Shown here in pieces: positions 20,489 through 29,889 of a stretch of DNA of 64,000 bases. The DNA is from an uncultured Verrucomicrobiae bacterium (GTDB lineage Bacteria > Verrucomicrobiota > Verrucomicrobiia > Chthoniobacterales > UBA10450), in contig CAVSDR010000006.1 in assembly GCA_963726745.1 (NCBI GenBank), positions 544,001 through 608,000 on the forward strand, given 5' to 3'. Positions within the stretch are counted from its first letter, which is position 1; each line of letters begins with the position of its first letter. The notes under the pieces are model-generated. The model worked only from the letters and a program-made list of their open reading frames with translations. It searched no databases and was not told the DNA's origin. A program made the translations under genes and the position numbers.

Positions 20489-21277
20489 ATGAAGTTCGCC
20501 GTGGCCCAGATCTCCTGTGTGGTCGGCGAGGTGGCCGCGAACGTGGCCAAGTTTGCCGCGCTCGCGGCGCAAGCCAAAGCCGCCGGCGCGGAGTGGCTCC
20601 TTCTCCCGGAAATGGCCGACACGGGTTACGTCATGCGGGTTATCCGGGAACGCGCCCAACCCTGGACCAGCGGCGCGGTCCCGGAGCTGCAACGGCTCGC
20701 GCGCGAGCACTCGTTAGGCATCGTCGCCGGCGTTTCCGAGCGGACCGCGGAGGCAATCTATAACACCCAGGTGGCGATCGATCCGCAGGGCGAAATCCGG
20801 GGCCGCTACCGGAAGACCCATCTCTTCGCGCCACCGCCGATCGAGGAGCAGCGCTGCTTTGCCCCGGGCGGGGAACTGGTCGCGCTCGACGCCGGGCCGT
20901 TTCGCTTCGGCCTCGGGATTTGCTACGACCTGCGCTTCCCGGAATTCCATCGCACCCTCGCCTGCGTGCACGGGGCCAATGTGCTGCTTGTTTCCTCGGC
21001 CTGGCCGTTCCCGCGGGTGGAACATCTGCGCACGCTCGCGACCGCGCGCGCGATCGAAAATCAATCCTACGTCTTGCTGTCTAATCGCGTGGGCACAGAC
21101 GACGGCGTGACCTTTTGCGGCAGCTCCGCGATCATCGATCCCGCGGGCACACTCGTGGCCGCGGCTTCGCCCGAGCGCGAGGAGCTGCTCGTGGCCACGC
21201 TTTCCGCGGAACGAAGTGCGCAGGTGCGCGCGGCCATGCCCGTCTTCGAGCATCGCCGGCCAGAGCTCTACCGCTAG
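20489..21277 (+). CDS. Carbon-nitrogen hydrolase (nitrilase superfamily)
   Basis: E-K-C triad contexts: LLPEM, YRKTHLF, ICYDLRFPE; ARAIENQ. Confidence 0.92.
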   Translation: MKFAVAQISCVVGEVAANVAKFAALAAQAKAAGAEWLLLPEMADTGYVMRVIRERAQPWTSGAVPELQRLAREHSLGIVAGVSERTAEAIYNTQVAIDPQGEIRGRYRKTHLFAPPPIEEQRCFAPGGELVALDAGPFRFGLGICYDLRFPEFHRTLACVHGANVLLVSSAWPFPRVEHLRTLATARAIENQSYVLLSNRVGTDDGVTFCGSSAIIDPAGTLVAAASPEREELLVATLSAERSAQVRAAMPVFEHRRPELYR

Positions 21278-21286
21278 CGGCCTGGG

Positions 21287-21433
21287 CTAGTAGCGCGTGC
21301 CGCGGGTGTGCCCGGTCGGGTCGTAGCCCGAATGCTGGGCCGCCATTTGCGACTCGGTGTAATGACCGCCATCGGCGCATCCGCCCAAGCCCAGCGCCAG
21401 CCCGACCAACAGAAGCAACGCGAAGAATTTCAT
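21287..21433 (-). CDS. Small putative lipoprotein (48 aa)
   Basis: MKFFALLLLVGLALGLGGC lipobox-like signal; co-directional with the two upstream genes. Confidence 0.55.
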   Translation of the reverse strand: MKFFALLLLVGLALGLGGCADGGHYTESQMAAQHSGYDPTGHTRGTRY

Positions 21434-21485
21434 CCCGCCACTTTCTCGCGCCGCCTCCGTTTGTCCAACGGCGGAAAGGCCCGCG

Positions 21486-21917
21486 CTATTCGAAGAGGTC
21501 GCCCGGCAAATGATATTTCTCCTGCCAGACCTGAATCTCGGTGTCGGTCCCACCGAAGCGCCAGTGCACTACTTCCCACTCGCCTCCGCGCCGGCGCAGG
21601 AGCGCCTCGCCGCCGGCGTCGAACATTCCTTCGCGCTGCGCCTCGGCATACCGGGTTTTGCTGTAATCGATCTTGCTGCCATCGGGACGTTGCGGTTCCA
21701 CCCGGGCAAAGGCCCACGAGCCGGAGACGCGCAGCTGTCCGACGACAAAAGCGACCGGCTGGCCTAGATCTTTTTCCGCGGGGATGCGGAGCGCATCCAT
21801 GATCTCCTTCCGTTCGGCGCTGCCGGGTGGCGGCGTGCGCGTCTCGCCGGCAAAAACTCCCATCGTGCCCGCGCCGAGTAGCGCCAACAGCAGACCAAAC
21901 TTTTTCGTTATGCTCAT
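21486..21917 (-). CDS. Secreted hypothetical protein
   Basis: Signal peptide; PPPGSAERKEIMDALR...SGSWAF; 4-bp overlap with the upstream gene. Confidence 0.7.
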   Translation of the reverse strand: MSITKKFGLLLALLGAGTMGVFAGETRTPPPGSAERKEIMDALRIPAEKDLGQPVAFVVGQLRVSGSWAFARVEPQRPDGSKIDYSKTRYAEAQREGMFDAGGEALLRRRGGEWEVVHWRFGGTDTEIQVWQEKYHLPGDLFE

Positions 21918-23167
21918 TCTTCCTTTAAGTAAGCGATCGGCATGATGCCGTCTTTCCGGGCTTCGTCGAGATCGATGATCTGAAACTCCGGGCTGTCCTC
22001 CTCCTCGAACTTGGCGGCGTTAGCCTGCAAATTGGCCGTGCCCGCGACGACCGCGGCGGCAAAGGTTTTCCAGGAATCGCTCGCGGCGATTTTCGGGCCG
22101 AGCTTCTTCTCGAGGTTGCGCAAGCCTTCGGGTAATTGCGCGGCGCTCTTCTCCGGCTTCGAGCCGAGGAGCGTGGTCTCGAGCGCGATTCGATCCTCCC
22201 CTTCCCCGTCGAGGTAAAAGCCCATGAACATGTGGCCTGGGACGATCACGAGAAAGGGCCGCATCCCGAGCTTCCGCAGAAGCGAGGCAAAAAGCACGCT
22301 GCCATCCACGCAATTCGCCTGCTCGTTGGCGACCGATTCGTCGACAAAACGCACATGCTGGCTCAGGACCGTCTCGGACGTCCCCGCGGTGGTGGTGATG
22401 TTGCTGTATTTGATCCCGCGTTTTTGCAGCGCCGTCCAAAGCGCCAGCACTTCGCGCACGACATCCTCCTGCCCGCCTTGATAGCCGGCGAAATGATCGA
22501 CCACTCCGGTGCGCAGCCCTTCCTTAAGCACCTGCTCGACGATTGGGCCGTTCTCGTTCACGTAGGCGGCGAACATCCAGCCCATGTCGGTATAGCCGGC
22601 ATCTTCTCCGCTCGGCGGCTCCTCCGAGGCTTTCCCCAGGCTCCCAGCGGCCGGCTCGTCGCGGATCGACTGCTCCTTGTCGGCCACGCCGAAGGGACAA
22701 TCATTGATCGTCCGCAAAGTCACCGTCTGCGTCTGTTCGCCCACGATTTTGCCAGCTACTTCCAAGCGAAAAGTCACGTTCAATGGGACCTGCTGGCGCA
22801 CCCGGCGGAGGGCGTCGAACTTGTAGTTAATCGTCGGCGCGACCCAGTATTCCACCTCCGCCTGGTCGAGCACACCGGACCAGCTGCTCTGGTTCATCAC
22901 GCTGTTTTCCAGCAGCGTCACCTTCACCGCCGTTTTCGGCGCGGGCGAGGTGATGGAAATGCCGACCGCGCCGTAGGCGTCGCCGAGAACTTCGGGATCG
23001 TTCTCCTCATCCGCCCCGGGCCGCACGGTCGCGGTTGCCAGCAGGAGCGAAGGAAAAAGCTGCGAATCCATGTTCGCATCGGGGTGCCACGAAAGCTCCG
23101 CGGCCGGCAGGGAAAGCGCGCTTGCGACCCAAGCGCAGGCAAGCAGGAAGGAGAGGTTTGGCTTCAT
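21914..23167 (-). CDS. Secreted hypothetical protein with a transglutaminase-like/cysteine-protease-like core
   Basis: Signal peptide; ANCVDGSVLFASLL...VIVPGHMFMG...ALETT (C-H-E/D spacing). Confidence 0.6.
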   Translation of the reverse strand: MKPNLSFLLACAWVASALSLPAAELSWHPDANMDSQLFPSLLLATATVRPGADEENDPEVLGDAYGAVGISITSPAPKTAVKVTLLENSVMNQSSWSGVLDQAEVEYWVAPTINYKFDALRRVRQQVPLNVTFRLEVAGKIVGEQTQTVTLRTINDCPFGVADKEQSIRDEPAAGSLGKASEEPPSGEDAGYTDMGWMFAAYVNENGPIVEQVLKEGLRTGVVDHFAGYQGGQEDVVREVLALWTALQKRGIKYSNITTTAGTSETVLSQHVRFVDESVANEQANCVDGSVLFASLLRKLGMRPFLVIVPGHMFMGFYLDGEGEDRIALETTLLGSKPEKSAAQLPEGLRNLEKKLGPKIAASDSWKTFAAAVVAGTANLQANAAKFEEEDSPEFQIIDLDEARKDGIMPIAYLKEE

Positions 23168-23326
23168 CGGAAAGTCGGGAAGCATTCAGCAATCCGCGCA
23201 CCGGCGCGACCCGGAAATTTTCGATGCTCTCGTCCAGCGAGGACAAGGAATTCGCTTTCGGAAAAAGGTCACGTCCACGCGCGCGGCGAAAACGAATTGC
23301 TGCGGAAACATCATCGTTCCCCTCCC

Positions 23327-26161
23327 GTGAATCCAGCCGAATCCACCATTTCGCCGCCTTCGCTCGAGGAGAGTTTGCAGGAGAGCGAGGAACGCCTGCG
23401 CGCGGCATTTAGTCAATCCGTCACCGGGATGGTGATCACCGATCTGCATGGCGTGATCCAGCGGGCAAATGACGCCTTTTGCCGCATCGTTGACCGCCCG
23501 CGGGAAGAGTTGCTCGGGCGCACCTCGGATCACATGACCCCGCCGGACGACCAGAAAAATAACGTCACCGCCATCCGGGAATTGCGCGACGGACTGGTCA
23601 AGAGCGCCATCTTCCACAAGCGCTACCTCCGTCCCTCCGGCGAGGAAGTCTGCACGCGGATCAATCTCTCGCTCGTCCGCAACGCCGCCGGCACGCCGGT
23701 CAATCTCATGGCCACGGTCGAGGATGTGACCGCGCAGCGCCGCGTCCAGGCTGCCCTGGAAGAACGCGAGGAACGCCTGCGCCTCATCTTCGACAGCATC
23801 ACCGACTACGCCATCATCACGATCGATCCCGCCGGGGCGGTGATCGATTGGAATCCTGGAGCGCAGGAAATTTTCGGCTATCGCGCCGAGGAAATCATCG
23901 GGCAGCCATGGGAGGTGCTGTGGACATCGGAAGATCGCGCTGCGAAAGAGCCGGCCAAAGTCCAGACCGCGGCCTTGGCCTCGGGCCGCGCGCATAACGA
24001 GCGCTGGCACCTGCGGAAAGATGGCGGGCGCTTTTTTGCCAGCGGGATGCTGCGCCCGATTCGCACGAGCAATGGAGAGCTCCGCGGCTTTACCAAGATC
24101 TGTCGCGACGTGACGGCGCAACGCCAGGCCGAGAGCGAACTCGCGCAGGCGCGTCTGCAGGCCGAGCGCGCGCTCGAGGAGGAGCGCGCGCGCCTCGCGG
24201 AAGTTTTCCAGCATTCGCCCTCCTTCCTCGCGATTTCACGCGGGCCGGAGCACGTCTTCGAATTTGCGAACGAGCGGTATCTCGAGATCAGCGGACATCG
24301 CGACATCCTCCAGAAAACTGCGCGCGAAGCCTTCCCGGAGATCCAAGGCCAGGGCTTTTTCGAAATCCTCGATCGGGTCTACCAGACGGGCGAACCCTTC
24401 GAAGGCAAGGAGATGAGCGTCTACCTGCAACGGCAACCAGGGCAGCCGCCGGAGGAATGCTTCATCGACCTGGTTTACATGCCGATGCGCGATGCCACCG
24501 GCGCGGTCACCGGCATTTTCACTCACGGGATCGACATCACCGCGCGCAAGCTGGCCGAGGAGTCGCTCGAGCAACAGGCGCGCACCTTCGATGTCCTCCT
24601 GTCGTCCATCCAGGATTACGTCTTCCTTTTCGATCGCGAGGGCCGCTTCACCTACGCGAATAAAATGCTGCTCGATCTGTGGGGCGTCCCGGCCTCGCGC
24701 CTGCCCTTGTCGATGCTCGAGGATCTGCACTACGACCCCGAGCTCGAGCAATTTCTCATGAGCGATCTGCGCGCGGTCTTCCAGACGGCGCGACCGGTCA
24801 TGCGGGAAGTCCCTTACGTGAGCCCCACCGGCATCTCCGGGCACTACGAGTATATCCTCGCACCGGTGCTCAGCCCGGCCGGCGAAGTGCTGAGCGTCGC
24901 CGGCACCAGCCGCAACATCTCCGAGCGCAAGCGCGTGGAGCTGGAGCGCGAGCAGCTCCTCGCGAGCGAACGCGCCGCCCGCACTGAGGCCGAGCGCGCG
25001 AGCCAGATGAAGGACGATTTCCTCGCCACCCTCAGCCATGAGCTTCGCACGCCGCTCAACGCCATCCTGGGCTGGGCCAATCTCCTCGGGGCCGATGCCA
25101 ACCCGGCCGATGTGCGCGAAGGCGTGCAGGTGATCGAGCGGAACGCCCGCGCCCAGGCGCGCATCATTGACGACCTCCTCGACATGAGCCGGATCATGTC
25201 GGGTAAGATCCGCCTCGACGTGCAGCGCACCGATCTCGCGGCGGTCATTGAGTCCGCCCTCGAGACCGTGCGACCGGCGGCGCTCGCGAAAAAAATTCGC
25301 CTCCAGAGCATCCTCGATCCGCTGGCCCAGCCGGTCACTGGCGACCCGAGCCGGCTGCAGCAGGTCTTTTGGAATTTACTCAGCAACGCGGTCAAATTCA
25401 CCCCCGCCGGTGGGCGCGTGCAGGTGCTGCTCGAGCGGGTGAACTCCCACCTCGAAGTCAGCGTGGTCGACACCGGGGAAGGAATCTCCGCGCAATTCCT
25501 CCCGCATGTGTTCGATCGCTTCCGCCAGGCCGATGGCTCGACCACCCGCGCACACGGCGGCCTTGGCCTGGGCCTCGCGATTGTGAAGCAGCTCGTGGAA
25601 CTCCATGGCGGCAGCGTTTCCGTGCGCAGCGGCGGGCGCGACTGCGGCTCCACCTTTACCGTTTCGCTCCCGCTCGGCGCGGTGCGGCCGGAAGACCACG
25701 GCCCGCCCGAGCGCCGGCACCCACGCTCACCCGATGTCGTCCCGGTCGAGGCCGTGGCCGGGATCGATTTAGCCGGCATCATCGTCCTGATCGTGGACGA
25801 TGAAGCGGACGCCCGCTCCGTGGTCGCCCGCAGCCTGGAGAACGCCGGTGCCACCGTCCACGCGGCCCCGTCCGCGGCCGAGGCGCTGGCTCTTTTGGAG
25901 CGGGAACGGCCGCATGTCTTGATCAGCGACATCGGGATGCCGGGCGAAGATGGCTATGCCCTTATCCGAAGCGTCCGCTCGTTAGGCGCGGAACAGGGCG
26001 GCCACGTCCCCGCGATCGCGCTCACCGCTTATGCCCGCACCGAGGATCGGATGAAAGCCATCCTGGCCGGCTTCCAGATGCACGTGGCCAAGCCGGTCGA
26101 GATCGCGGAACTCCTCGCGATGGTCGCGAGCCTCGCGGGTCGCACCGGCCCCACGAGCTAG
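23327..26161 (+). CDS. Multi-PAS hybrid sensor histidine kinase/response regulator
   Basis: Four PAS/PAC-like segments, FLATLSHELRTPLN, NLLSNAVKFT, GGLGLGLAIV, receiver domain ISDIGMPGEDG...HVAKP; start inferred (GTG 23327). Confidence 0.93.
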   Translation: MNPAESTISPPSLEESLQESEERLRAAFSQSVTGMVITDLHGVIQRANDAFCRIVDRPREELLGRTSDHMTPPDDQKNNVTAIRELRDGLVKSAIFHKRYLRPSGEEVCTRINLSLVRNAAGTPVNLMATVEDVTAQRRVQAALEEREERLRLIFDSITDYAIITIDPAGAVIDWNPGAQEIFGYRAEEIIGQPWEVLWTSEDRAAKEPAKVQTAALASGRAHNERWHLRKDGGRFFASGMLRPIRTSNGELRGFTKICRDVTAQRQAESELAQARLQAERALEEERARLAEVFQHSPSFLAISRGPEHVFEFANERYLEISGHRDILQKTAREAFPEIQGQGFFEILDRVYQTGEPFEGKEMSVYLQRQPGQPPEECFIDLVYMPMRDATGAVTGIFTHGIDITARKLAEESLEQQARTFDVLLSSIQDYVFLFDREGRFTYANKMLLDLWGVPASRLPLSMLEDLHYDPELEQFLMSDLRAVFQTARPVMREVPYVSPTGISGHYEYILAPVLSPAGEVLSVAGTSRNISERKRVELEREQLLASERAARTEAERASQMKDDFLATLSHELRTPLNAILGWANLLGADANPADVREGVQVIERNARAQARIIDDLLDMSRIMSGKIRLDVQRTDLAAVIESALETVRPAALAKKIRLQSILDPLAQPVTGDPSRLQQVFWNLLSNAVKFTPAGGRVQVLLERVNSHLEVSVVDTGEGISAQFLPHVFDRFRQADGSTTRAHGGLGLGLAIVKQLVELHGGSVSVRSGGRDCGSTFTVSLPLGAVRPEDHGPPERRHPRSPDVVPVEAVAGIDLAGIIVLIVDDEADARSVVARSLENAGATVHAAPSAAEALALLERERPHVLISDIGMPGEDGYALIRSVRSLGAEQGGHVPAIALTAYARTEDRMKAILAGFQMHVAKPVEIAELLAMVASLAGRTGPTS

Positions 26162-26215
26162 CGCGCGCTTCCACCTTTCTCCGCCCAAGCGCCCATTCCC
26201 GGCGTATAGTGAGAG

Positions 26216-26491
26216 ATGAACTCTGCGCCTCCTGCCTATTCCCCGCCTGTGGTTACCGAAGCGGTCGCCTATCGGCGCGCCCACGCCGGCAAGCTCATGG
26301 TCATCCAGCGCGCCGAGGGGCGGGACCTGGTCGCAGCCGACTTTTTCCAGTTCGACTCCGTCGGCACTCACCCGACTGGCCTCTTCGTGACCGGCCTCTT
26401 CGGCGATGCGAAACTCCGGCACATGCTCTCCTCCACCGTGCGGCCCGCCTCCAACGACGAGATCGCCTGGCATAGCCAACAGGCTGGCTAA
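26216..26491 (+). CDS. Hypothetical protein (91 aa)
   Basis: ATG downstream of GAGAG, GC3-rich codon usage, fills the gap between genes. Confidence 0.55.
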   Translation: MNSAPPAYSPPVVTEAVAYRRAHAGKLMVIQRAEGRDLVAADFFQFDSVGTHPTGLFVTGLFGDAKLRHMLSSTVRPASNDEIAWHSQQAG

Positions 26492-26503
26492 ATTTTAGCC
26501 AGC
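26483..26503. repeat. Perfect inverted pair of the TTAGCCAGC motif (GCTGGCTAAA-T-TTTAGCCAGC)
   Basis: 10-bp arms around one base, overlapping the TAA stop of 26216-26491. Confidence 0.8.
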
Positions 26504-26561
26504 GACTTCAGCCGCAAGCTGCCCGCGGCGTTTGGTCGTGGGAAGCTGGGGTCCGCTCCGC

Positions 26562-26951
26562 ATGCCCTGTCCCGACCCTGCCATCTGCCCGCTCTGCGGC
26601 GCGCCTAACGAGTGCCGGCTCGCCGCCGACCCGGGCGCAGCGATTGCCACCTGCTGGTGCGCCCGCGAAGATTTTCCCCCGTCGCTCCTGGAGCGCGCGG
26701 GGCAAAAAGAGTCGGCCGGCTGCATTTGTCGCCGCTGTCTCGTCCAAGCGCGTTTCGCGGAAGCGCGCACGCGCCCCGCGCCGCCGCTGCAGGCGGGCGA
26801 TGCCTACCTCGAGGGCGGCTTGCTTGTCTTCACGGCACAAGGTCACCGGCGTCGCGGCTATTGCTGCGGGAGCGGCTGCCGGCATTGCCCCTTCGATGCG
26901 CTGGAGCGCTCGGTCGCGGGCGCTCCGCCGCGACGCCCGGCTTCTCGCTAA
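26562..26951 (+). CDS. Cysteine-rich CWC family protein fused to a DUF5522-like domain
   Basis: CPLCGAPNEC...CWC...CICRRCL then YLEGGLLVFT...HRRRGYCCGSGCRHCPF. Confidence 0.75.
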   Translation: MPCPDPAICPLCGAPNECRLAADPGAAIATCWCAREDFPPSLLERAGQKESAGCICRRCLVQARFAEARTRPAPPLQAGDAYLEGGLLVFTAQGHRRRGYCCGSGCRHCPFDALERSVAGAPPRRPASR

Positions 26952-28393
26952 AGCGGATACGGCAAGGTCGCTCCGAGCACGGTCACCAGCACGAGAACCA
27001 CCGGCACGAGCACGAGGAAAACGATGAAGGTGTAGCCCATGACATCGCGCGCCCGCAATCCAAAGAGCCCCAGGATTGGCAGCATCCAGAAGGGCTGGAT
27101 TAAATTAGCCAGCGCCTCGCCCAGATCATAAGCCGCCACCACCCAGCCGAGGTGGACTTTTAATTCATGCGCCGCCGCCATCACATACGGCGCTTCCACG
27201 ACCCACTTCGAGCCGCCGGAAGGCACAAAGACTCCCAGCACCGCCGAGTAGGTGGCCACGATCGCCGGGAACGTTTTCGCATTCGAGACGCCGACAAAAG
27301 CGTGCGCAATCTGCTGGCTAAGATGCGTGGAGGTGATCACGCCTGCGATCCCGGCGTAGAACGGAAACTGCAGGATCACACCCCAGACCGCCGGCGTAGC
27401 CGCTTGCACCGCATGCATCAGCCGCGCCGGCGTGCGGTGCAGGAGGAAGCCTAACAAGAGGAAGGTGAGGTTCACGATGTTAAGCGTGATCGCGCTCAAA
27501 GGTTCGCCCGCCTGGAGGAAATAGCGCACGAGATAAGTCGCTCCCAGGAGCACGATCAGCCAGTTCAGAATCGGCGAATGCTCCAGCCACTGGCCCGGCG
27601 TCGGTCGCGCCACCGGCGCCGGCGGTTCCAGCTCCGACTTCCGGAGATCGATCCCAAGATCGCGCGCAGTTTTGCCGCTTCCGGCAGGCGGAGTAACCAG
27701 CCACATGACCGCGGTCACAAGCGCGATTTCCACCACTACTGAGGCCAGGCTTTGCCAGAGAAAAATCGTGTGCTGGAAGGAAATGATCCCGCCGGGAACG
27801 ATCCCGCCCTGGGCCACGATCTCGCGGATCTGCGGTTGCAGCGCACCCGGCGTGGCCATCTGCAGCGCGGCCGAGCCGCTCAAGCCTTGCGCCCAGATGC
27901 TCCCCAGCCCGAGGAAGCTGGCCGCGGCCAGCGCGCGGTAGTCGACCCCTTCCACCCGTCGCGCGATCTCCCGCGCCAGCACCGCGCTGAAGATTAAACT
28001 AAAGCCCCAGTTGAACCACGAGCTTGCCATGGCGAAAAACGCCACCAGCGCGACCGCCCCGCGCGGCGTCGCCGGCCAGGAAGCAAGCGCGCGGATCACC
28101 CGACCGACTGGCGCCGAGGTCGCGAGCACGTGGCCGGTGATAATAACCAGCGACATCTGGAGCGTGAAGGGAATCAATTCCCACAAGCCTTTCCCCCAGG
28201 CGTCCACCACCTCGGGGAAAGTCGAAGGCGTCAACGCAACTCCCGCCACCACCACGATGACCGTCGCCAGGAGCGCAAAGATGAATGCATCTGGCACCCA
28301 GCGCTCGGTCCACGCGGTCATCGCCAGGGCCAGGCGCGCGAGGAGGCCCAGCGGGTTCGCGGGGCTTTTCTCTGCGCCGGCCACGGAGCTCAT
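26948..28393 (-). CDS. Short-chain fatty acid transporter (AtoE/TIGR00366 family)
   Basis: ERWVPDAFIFA, FTLQMSLVIITGHVLA, LQFPFYAGI, VPSGGSKW, NLIQPFW. Confidence 0.9.
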   Translation of the reverse strand: MSSVAGAEKSPANPLGLLARLALAMTAWTERWVPDAFIFALLATVIVVVAGVALTPSTFPEVVDAWGKGLWELIPFTLQMSLVIITGHVLATSAPVGRVIRALASWPATPRGAVALVAFFAMASSWFNWGFSLIFSAVLAREIARRVEGVDYRALAAASFLGLGSIWAQGLSGSAALQMATPGALQPQIREIVAQGGIVPGGIISFQHTIFLWQSLASVVVEIALVTAVMWLVTPPAGSGKTARDLGIDLRKSELEPPAPVARPTPGQWLEHSPILNWLIVLLGATYLVRYFLQAGEPLSAITLNIVNLTFLLLGFLLHRTPARLMHAVQAATPAVWGVILQFPFYAGIAGVITSTHLSQQIAHAFVGVSNAKTFPAIVATYSAVLGVFVPSGGSKWVVEAPYVMAAAHELKVHLGWVVAAYDLGEALANLIQPFWMLPILGLFGLRARDVMGYTFIVFLVLVPVVLVLVTVLGATLPYPL

Positions 28394-28414
28394 GCTGCGG
28401 TCGAAAACGAAGCG

Positions 28415-28540
28415 CTACTGAAAAAGAGCCGGCAACTTGAGCACGGTATTATAGACGCCCCACGCGAGTGGGATTCCCACCACCGTCCAGGAAAGCAGGA
28501 GCATGAGGCCGTTGCCGGATGAAGTCCCTGTCTCGTTCAT
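28415..28540 (-). CDS. Small membrane protein accompanying the OFA-family MFS transporter (41 aa)
   Basis: Hand translation: MNETGTSSGNGLMLLLSWTVVGIPLAWGVYNTVLKLPALFQ*; ATGA overlap with the MFS stop. Confidence 0.75.
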   Translation of the reverse strand: MNETGTSSGNGLMLLLSWTVVGIPLAWGVYNTVLKLPALFQ

Positions 28541-29889
28541 GAATGCTTCGCTCCCTGGAAATGGTGACGCTCATCCACTGGCCGCACCAGCAAATTGCAG
28601 ATCAAGCCGATGACCAGCAACCCCGCCATGAGATACATCGTCGGCGCGTAGAGGCCCACGCCGCTGGCGCCGCGGGCCTTCAGGTATTCGCGAATGTAAT
28701 TCACCAGCACCGGACCGAGCACCCCTGCGGCCGACCAGGCAGTGAGTAAACGTCCATGGATCGCGCCCACCTGCATGACACCGAACAAGTCTTTCAAGTA
28801 GGCCGGCACGGTGGCAAAGCCGCCGCCATACATGCTGATAATGACCGCGCAGACGGCGACAAAGAAAACCACATGCCCGCTCCGGCCAGCCAGCGGGATC
28901 AGGCAGTAAAGGATCGCGCCTAACAAGAGGTAGATCACGTAGACCGTCTTCCGCCCGAGGTAATCGCTTAGGGAAGACCAGATGAAACGCCCGGCCATGT
29001 TGAAAAGGCTCAGGAGCGCGACAAACCCACCCGCCGCCGCCGCCATTACCTTGCCCGGAAACATCTCCTGAATCATCGGTGAAGCCTGCTCGAGAATGCC
29101 GATGCCGGCGGTGACGTTGAAGCAAAGCACCACCCAAAGCAGCCAGAACTGCGGCGTGCGCACCGCCTGGCTCACGAGGACATTCGCGGTTGTGATCATC
29201 CGCCGCGGCTGCGTCGGCGCGACATAGCCTTCCGGCTTCCAGCCTTCCGCCGGCACGCGGATAATGAAGGAACCAAAGAGCATGTAGCAGAAGTAGATCA
29301 CGCCGAGCGCGAGGAAGCTCTCGGCCACGCCGGTGCTGGTCGCGGACTTAAAGGTATTCATCAGGAGCAGGCTAAGGTTCGACCCGATAAAAGCGCCCCC
29401 GCCGAAGCCCATGATCGCCATGCCCGTGGCCATCCCCGGCCGGTCCGGGAACCATTTCACCAGGGTCGAGACCGGCGAAATATATCCCAGTCCCAGCCCG
29501 CAACCGCCGAGCACTCCGTAGCCGAGATAGATCACCCAGAGCTGGTGCCACCAAACGCCGAAAGCGGAAATGACGAAGCCGCCGCCAAAACAACACGCCG
29601 CCGCCAGCATGGTTTTCCGCGGGCCCACGCGTTCAACCCACGTCCCAAAAACCGCCGCGGACGCACCCAGGAAAAGAATCGCGATGCTAAAGATCCAGGC
29701 GAGCTGCGGCTGCGTCCAATCGCCCGCGGCCGGCGCAGTGATCCCGAGGATGCGCGTCAGCGGGAGCTTGAAAACACTGAAGGCGTAGACCTGCCCGATG
29801 GAGAGATGGACCGCGAGCGCTGCCGGCGGGACCAGCCAGCGAGTGAACCCCGGCCTGGCTACGGTGTGTTCCCGGTCGAAAAAGCTCAT
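28537..29889 (-). CDS. OFA (oxalate/formate antiporter) family MFS transporter
   Basis: SIGQVYAFSVF, GLGLGYISPVSTLVKWFPDRPGMATG, YGGGFATVPAYL..FG...GAIHGRLLTAWS. Confidence 0.92.
   Translation of the reverse strand: MSFFDREHTVARPGFTRWLVPPAALAVHLSIGQVYAFSVFKLPLTRILGITAPAAGDWTQPQLAWIFSIAILFLGASAAVFGTWVERVGPRKTMLAAACCFGGGFVISAFGVWWHQLWVIYLGYGVLGGCGLGLGYISPVSTLVKWFPDRPGMATGMAIMGFGGGAFIGSNLSLLLMNTFKSATSTGVAESFLALGVIYFCYMLFGSFIIRVPAEGWKPEGYVAPTQPRRMITTANVLVSQAVRTPQFWLLWVVLCFNVTAGIGILEQASPMIQEMFPGKVMAAAAGGFVALLSLFNMAGRFIWSSLSDYLGRKTVYVIYLLLGAILYCLIPLAGRSGHVVFFVAVCAVIISMYGGGFATVPAYLKDLFGVMQVGAIHGRLLTAWSAAGVLGPVLVNYIREYLKARGASGVGLYAPTMYLMAGLLVIGLICNLLVRPVDERHHFQGAKHS

Noticed and set aside
22136..23326. 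N-terminal ~400 aa of the 1341-aa kinase ORF
   Set aside because: It is the antisense shadow of the minus-strand gene 21914-23167; kinase-like sequence begins near 23327.
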